This document shows, piece by piece, positions 59,216 through 64,000 of a DNA stretch of 64,000 bases. Source of the DNA: Bacillota bacterium (GTDB lineage Bacteria; Bacillota; JAAYKD01); assembly GCA_963666425.2 (NCBI GenBank), contig OY762825.2, positions 1,248,001 through 1,312,000 of the forward strand. Direction: 5' to 3'. The notes beneath the pieces are model-generated. The model did no database searches and had not been told where the DNA came from. It was given only the letters and a program-made list of their open reading frames with translations. The position numbers and the translations under genes were made by a program. The number at the start of each line of letters is the position of its first letter. Position 1 is the stretch's first letter.

Positions 59216-60335
59216 TTATTCTTTCACCAACCATTGACCGGTCGCCAAACAACGTAAGTAAGCATGGATCAAAGTATCCAATTCCCCGTTCAGGATGGCT
59301 TGGGTATTGCCGCTTTCCATGCCGGTCCGATGATCTTTGACCAAGCTGTAGGGTTGTAAGACATAAGAACGAATCTGACTGCCCCAGGCAATCCCCGATT
59401 TCCCGTCTCTGACCTGCATCGCTTCCGCTTCACGCGACCGCCGTTCCCGTTCATATAGCTTTGCTTTCATAATGCGCAGCGCGGTCTGACGGTTGGCATG
59501 CTGCGAGCGTTCGTTTTGACAGGTGACGACAATGCCGGTGGGTAAATGCGTGATCCGGATCGCTGTCTCGACCTTGTTGACATTCTGACCGCCGGCACCG
59601 CCGGAACGGTAGGTATCAATTTTCATCTCATCCGGTTTTAGATTGACTTCGATGGCATCATCGATCTCGGGCAGGACTTCCACCGCCGCAAACGAGGTGT
59701 GCCGACGTCCCGAAGTATCAAAAGGAGAAATCCGCACCAGCCGATGCACCCCATTTTCCGATTTTAAATAGCCGTAGGCATTTTCACCCCGCACGAAAAA
59801 GGTAGTACTCTTTAAGCCGGCTTCATCGCCGTTTTGATAATCGGCAATTTCCACTTTATAACCGTGATCCTCAGCATAGCGCGTATACATCCGCATCAGC
59901 ATTTCCGCCCAGTCCTGCGATTCGGTTCCGCCTGCGCCGGGATGAATGGTCAGGATGGCATTGGAAATATCCAGCGGATCGGACAGCAGCGTCGAAAGCT
60001 CCAATTGTTCCAAAGCAGCGTATAACTGCCGATAACCAGTCAGGAGTTCTTTTTCCAGTTCGGCATCGTTCTGCTCTTCCAGCAGCTGCAGCAATTCATT
60101 TAAGTTTTGCAAATCCGCCTGCAGGGTTTCAAAGCTGCTGACCTGATTTTTTACACGATTGCTTTCGGCGATCAATTTTTGAGCAGCTTCCGGCGTGTTC
60201 CAGAGATCCTCTTTGGCGATTTCTGCCTGCATCTGCTCCAGATAGGTCACTTTTTGATCGTAGTCAAAGAGACCTCCTGAGTTCGGTCAATCGGGGGGGA
60301 ATGTCGGCTAAATCGTGTTTGATATCATCCAACAT
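59216..60335 (-). CDS. prfB: peptide chain release factor 2 (programmed +1 frameshift)
   Basis: SPF and GGQ motifs. Frame 0 [23 protein letters not shown] ends at CTT-TGA-C; the +1 frame continues DYDQKVTY. Confidence 0.96.
60263..60278 (-). promoter_or_regulatory. RF2 frameshift cassette AGGAGG-TCT-CTT-TGA-C
   Basis: Internal Shine-Dalgarno 3 nt before the CTT TGA slippery stop. Confidence 0.95.
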
Positions 60336-60392
60336 CTAGTCATCAACGCCTTTCAAATTGTAAGAAGCTCCTGCTTGGTCGAAGCTGTTTTT

Positions 60393-62912
60393 CTATTTGC
60401 CGCAGCACTGTTTATATTTTTTGCCACTGCCGCAGGGACAGGGATCGTTTCTGCCGATCTTTTTCTTAGCATTCTGAATCGGCGCCCGTTTGCTGTCGGC
60501 CGTCATCAGCGCCGGGTCGATTGGCTTTGCCACTTGCTCCCGTTGGATCGGTTCCTTGCGCACTTGAATCTGCACCAGATACATCTGACGTACCACATCA
60601 TTTTGGATATTATGGATCATCTCACTGAACATTTCATAGCCTTCTACCTGATACGCCTGCAGAGGATCCTGCTGCGCATAAGCGCGCAGACCAATCCCGG
60701 TGCGCAGTTCCGTCATATCTTCCAGATGCTTCATCCACTTGGTATCAACGGTTCGCAGCATCAGCATCTGTTCCAGTTGGCGCATGATTTCCGGGGTGAA
60801 TTCTGTTTCCCGTTTCTCATACTCCTGTTCGGCTATTTCCTGTAAGCTACTCAGAATCAGCTTGCGGTCATTGCCCTGCACAGTTGCCGCCAGGTTTTCT
60901 TCACTCGCCTGAGGCAGCAGTTCCTGCATCGATTTCAGCAAACCTTCTTTGTCCCATTCCGCCGGCTTGACATGCTCACTGCAGAAAGTTTCCAGACGTT
61001 CCTCTAACGTGCTCTGCACCATACCCAGGATATCGGCTTTCAGACTGCCGCCTTCCAGGACCTGACGCCGCTGGCCGTAGATGATTTCACGCTGTTTATT
61101 CATCACATCATCATATTCGAGCACATGTTTACGGATATCGAAGTTGCGTGCCTCCACTTTACGCTGTGCATTTTCAATGGCTTTGCTGAGAATATTATGC
61201 TCGATGGGAATATCATCTTCCACCTTCAAGCTGTCCATCATGGCGGAGACCCGATCGCCGCCGAAGAGGCGCATCAGATCATCTTCCAGGGAAATATAAA
61301 ACTGACTGGAGCCGGGGTCGCCCTGACGGCCGGAACGGCCACGCAATTGGTTATCGATACGGCGTGATTCGTGCCGTTCGGTGCCAAGGATATGCAGGCC
61401 GCCCAATGCGACGACGCCTTCGCCCAGCACAATATCCGTGCCGCGTCCTGCCATGTTAGTGGCGATGGTAACCATGCCCATTTGTCCGGCCTGCGCGACG
61501 ATTTCTGCTTCTTTTTCATGAAATTTAGCATTCAAGACCTGATGCGGGATCCCTCTGCGATTCAGCATTTTCGATAAATATTCCGATTTTTCAATCGAAA
61601 TCGTACCGACCAAGACAGGCTGGCCTTGGCTGTGACGTGCGATGATATCCTCTACCACCGCATTGAACTTTGCTTGTTCGGTTTTATAAACGACATCGGG
61701 CAAATCGAGACGAATCATCGGCCGATTGGTGGGGATAACCACCACATCCATCTTATAGATGGCACGGAACTCGCCTTCTTCCGTCTCCGCTGTGCCGGTC
61801 GTGCCGGAGAGCTTATCATACATACGGAAATAATTCTGAATGGTGATGGTAGCCAGCGTCTGATTTTCCCGTTCTACGGTAACGCTTTCCTTCGCCTCGA
61901 TCGCCTGATGCAAACCGTCGCTGAAACGGCGGCCAAACATCATTCGGCCGGTAAACTCATCCACGATGATAACTTTGCCGTCATTCACCACATAATTGAC
62001 GTCCAGCTGCATCAAAGCTTTCGCTTTGATGGCATTAACCAAAAAATGGTAGAGTTCGCTATTTTCCGGAGCCATCAGGTTCTCGATGCCCAGTAAACTC
62101 TCAACCTTGCTGACACAGCTTTCGGTTGTAGAAACCGTTCTGGCTTTCTCATCGACAGTATAATCTTCTTCTTTTTGCAAGCGCGCGGCGATTTGAGCGA
62201 ATTTGCCATAGAGATCGGTCGACTTATCACCTTGGCCGCTGATGATCAGCGGGGTGCGCGCCTCATCGATTAAAATACTGTCCACTTCATCGACAATGGC
62301 ATAATTCAATGGCCGCTGCACCATGTTTTGCTGATAAACCACCATATTATCCCGCAGATAGTCAAAGCCAAATTCGCTGTTGGTACCATAGGTAATATCG
62401 GCGGCATACGCTTTGCGGCGATTGGTGTAATCGAGGTCATGAAACAGGACGTCTACCTGCAAACCTAAAAAGCGATGGATTTGACCCATCCACTCGCAGT
62501 CACGTTTTGCCAGATACTCGTTGACTGTCACAACATGCACACCCTTGCCGGTCAGCGCATTGAGGTAGGCAGAAAAAACCAGAGCGAGCGTCTTGCCCTC
62601 ACCGGTTTTCATTTCAGCGATGCGTCCCTGGTGCAGAACGATGCCGACCAAGATTTGCGTATCATAAGCGCGCTGACCAATTGTGCGGATGGCTGCTTCC
62701 CGGACCGTGGCGAAAGCCTCCGGCAGGAGTTGATCCAAAGTCTCGCCCGCCGCTAAGCGGGCTTTGAATTTCTCTGTATTTGCCGCCAATCCTTCATCCG
62801 GCAAAGCATGCATTGCAGCTTCCAGCTCATTTACTTTTTTCAGCATCGGGGTCAGCTTATCAATTTCCTTTTGATTGGGGTCTCCAAAAAGCTTTTTTAC
62901 AAATCCAAACAT
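60393..62912 (-). CDS. secA: preprotein translocase subunit SecA
   Basis: [33 protein letters not shown]-terminal [12 protein letters not shown]. Confidence 0.98.
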   Translation of the reverse strand: MFGFVKKLFGDPNQKEIDKLTPMLKKVNELEAAMHALPDEGLAANTEKFKARLAAGETLDQLLPEAFATVREAAIRTIGQRAYDTQILVGIVLHQGRIAEMKTGEGKTLALVFSAYLNALTGKGVHVVTVNEYLAKRDCEWMGQIHRFLGLQVDVLFHDLDYTNRRKAYAADITYGTNSEFGFDYLRDNMVVYQQNMVQRPLNYAIVDEVDSILIDEARTPLIISGQGDKSTDLYGKFAQIAARLQKEEDYTVDEKARTVSTTESCVSKVESLLGIENLMAPENSELYHFLVNAIKAKALMQLDVNYVVNDGKVIIVDEFTGRMMFGRRFSDGLHQAIEAKESVTVERENQTLATITIQNYFRMYDKLSGTTGTAETEEGEFRAIYKMDVVVIPTNRPMIRLDLPDVVYKTEQAKFNAVVEDIIARHSQGQPVLVGTISIEKSEYLSKMLNRRGIPHQVLNAKFHEKEAEIVAQAGQMGMVTIATNMAGRGTDIVLGEGVVALGGLHILGTERHESRRIDNQLRGRSGRQGDPGSSQFYISLEDDLMRLFGGDRVSAMMDSLKVEDDIPIEHNILSKAIENAQRKVEARNFDIRKHVLEYDDVMNKQREIIYGQRRQVLEGGSLKADILGMVQSTLEERLETFCSEHVKPAEWDKEGLLKSMQELLPQASEENLAATVQGNDRKLILSSLQEIAEQEYEKRETEFTPEIMRQLEQMLMLRTVDTKWMKHLEDMTELRTGIGLRAYAQQDPLQAYQVEGYEMFSEMIHNIQNDVVRQMYLVQIQVRKEPIQREQVAKPIDPALMTADSKRAPIQNAKKKIGRNDPCPCGSGKKYKQCCGK

Positions 62913-62914
62913 GC

Positions 62915-64000
62915 TTATTCCTCTTTCCCTCCACGCTGTATGGCGCGTTTTTCCCGAATATCATCGACCATTGCCCAAAGGCCACCTAAGATCAGGGTAT
63001 GTCCCCCCAACATGATCGGAATTTTCGCTGCCGCAGCTGCTTTGGTAAACTCCCGAATGAAAGGGTCCTGGATGATCTGCCAGTTCCCCAAATCAGAGTT
63101 AAATCGATCGTGCTCGCTGGCTTTGATTTTCATATGGGCAAAAATAACCCTGGTATCAATAAAGGCAACATCGGAATGACAGCTGACCCAGTCAAAAAAA
63201 GCCTGGCAGCCTGCCGCCTGAATAAACGCCGCCACAAAGGAACAGACTTTGCCTTCCGCTTCCAGATTCATTGCTTTCATGCCGCGTTCTTCGGAGATAA
63301 TACGCAGACGGGCTCGAAGATGGGTATTGATGTGCTCAATTATGGGAGCACCGATGCGGCCGGACATCCAAACCGAAGGAATAAATTCCTTTTGCCGCAA
63401 AACATCCCAGGCTGCTTCCAGAGTATTTGTGTTCCAATCCAAAACGTCCACCGCGGCTCGGATGCGTGGGCTGATTTCCGGCATCAATTTTAAAAATAAA
63501 ATTTCCGTCGGTGTATCCAAATCAAAATGGATTCCGGAAGAATGCGGCATGAGCAATCTGGGCAAATGTGCCTGCCGGCGCAGCTGATAGCCAAGCGCAT
63601 TATCCATTTCAGGAGGCTCCATTGTCAACAGGCATTTGGCGGGACACCAACCGACAATATCAGCCGATTGTACATTGTTGACATAAACGACCTGTTCATT
63701 TTCATTCAAAACTTGAGCGATATCGCCAAATTCAGCATAACTCAGCAAAGGAGAACTGGCTCCGCTAAAATAGAGCACTTTCTCCATTTGATATTGCTCT
63801 ACGATTTTTTGCAGCGCCTTGCCGTAATGAAACGGCCGCCAATCGGTTGTATCTTCTACGATAGCTCCCAGGCTGAGCGCTGCGGCCGCTAAATCAGGAT
63901 AATTGGTAGCCAAAATCACGCGGTCATAATCGGGATGCCGGACTAATTTCTCGATATTATCCAAACAAATTGCCTTACGAACACCTAACATTTCCAGTTC
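62915..64000 (-). CDS. hypothetical protein with CofC/MobA-like nucleotidyltransferase-fold N-domain (5' end probably outside the window)
   Basis: Frame is open to the window edge; DLDTPTE resembles the D(I/L)DT..D motif; 2 nt from the secA start. Confidence 0.6.
   Translation of the reverse strand, partial: ELEMLGVRKAICLDNIEKLVRHPDYDRVILATNYPDLAAAALSLGAIVEDTTDWRPFHYGKALQKIVEQYQMEKVLYFSGASSPLLSYAEFGDIAQVLNENEQVVYVNNVQSADIVGWCPAKCLLTMEPPEMDNALGYQLRRQAHLPRLLMPHSSGIHFDLDTPTEILFLKLMPEISPRIRAAVDVLDWNTNTLEAAWDVLRQKEFIPSVWMSGRIGAPIIEHINTHLRARLRIISEERGMKAMNLEAEGKVCSFVAAFIQAAGCQAFFDWVSCHSDVAFIDTRVIFAHMKIKASEHDRFNSDLGNWQIIQDPFIREFTKAAAAAKIPIMLGGHTLILGGLWAMVDDIREKRAIQRGGKEE

Noticed and set aside
1-64000. 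CRISPR arrays, prophage, integrase or transposase genes, reverse-transcriptase or other defence systems
   Set aside because: No regularly spaced repeats or matching protein motifs were seen by eye. Very degenerate elements could have been missed.

Overview
A 64-kb chromosomal window from an anaerobic Bacillota (Clostridia-like) bacterium, judged from sigma-A promoters, GGAGG ribosome-binding sites, an SLH protein and Bacillus/Clostridium-like synteny. The right part (38-64 kb) is mostly core genome: secA, prfB with its programmed +1 frameshift, and tal-glpX-radical SAM-rpmE-DUF1385-prfA-prmC-nagA-tsaC-ywlE-rpiB/ywlG-glyA. Two M14 carboxypeptidases, a RocB-like M20 enzyme, an iron-sulfur flavoprotein and a Crp/Fnr-ECF module are interspersed. 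The left part is accessory or metabolic: a tandemly duplicated pair of FtsX/MacB-type permeases (one with a lipoyl/biotinyl-like C-terminal domain), a tautomerase-fold protein without Pro-1, an HhH-GPD glycosylase bracketed by 25-bp inverted repeats, a YtrA-type GntR/ABC operon, tRNA-Gln(CTG) and tRNA-Glu(CTC), a MarR/heterodimeric ABC exporter followed by an orphan PEP mutase, a peptidoglycan-recycling cluster (anmK, murQ, MurK-like kinase, two serine hydrolases), stand-alone OadB plus mini-OadG, MFS paralogues and gdhA. I saw no CRISPR array, integrase, intact transposase or rRNA. The best candidates for something new are the duplicated permease system with the lipoyl-like domain, the orphan PepM, the RpiB-YwlG fusion and the cytoplasmic AmiE/AnmK recycling route. 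Family assignments come from motif recognition by eye, not database searches.
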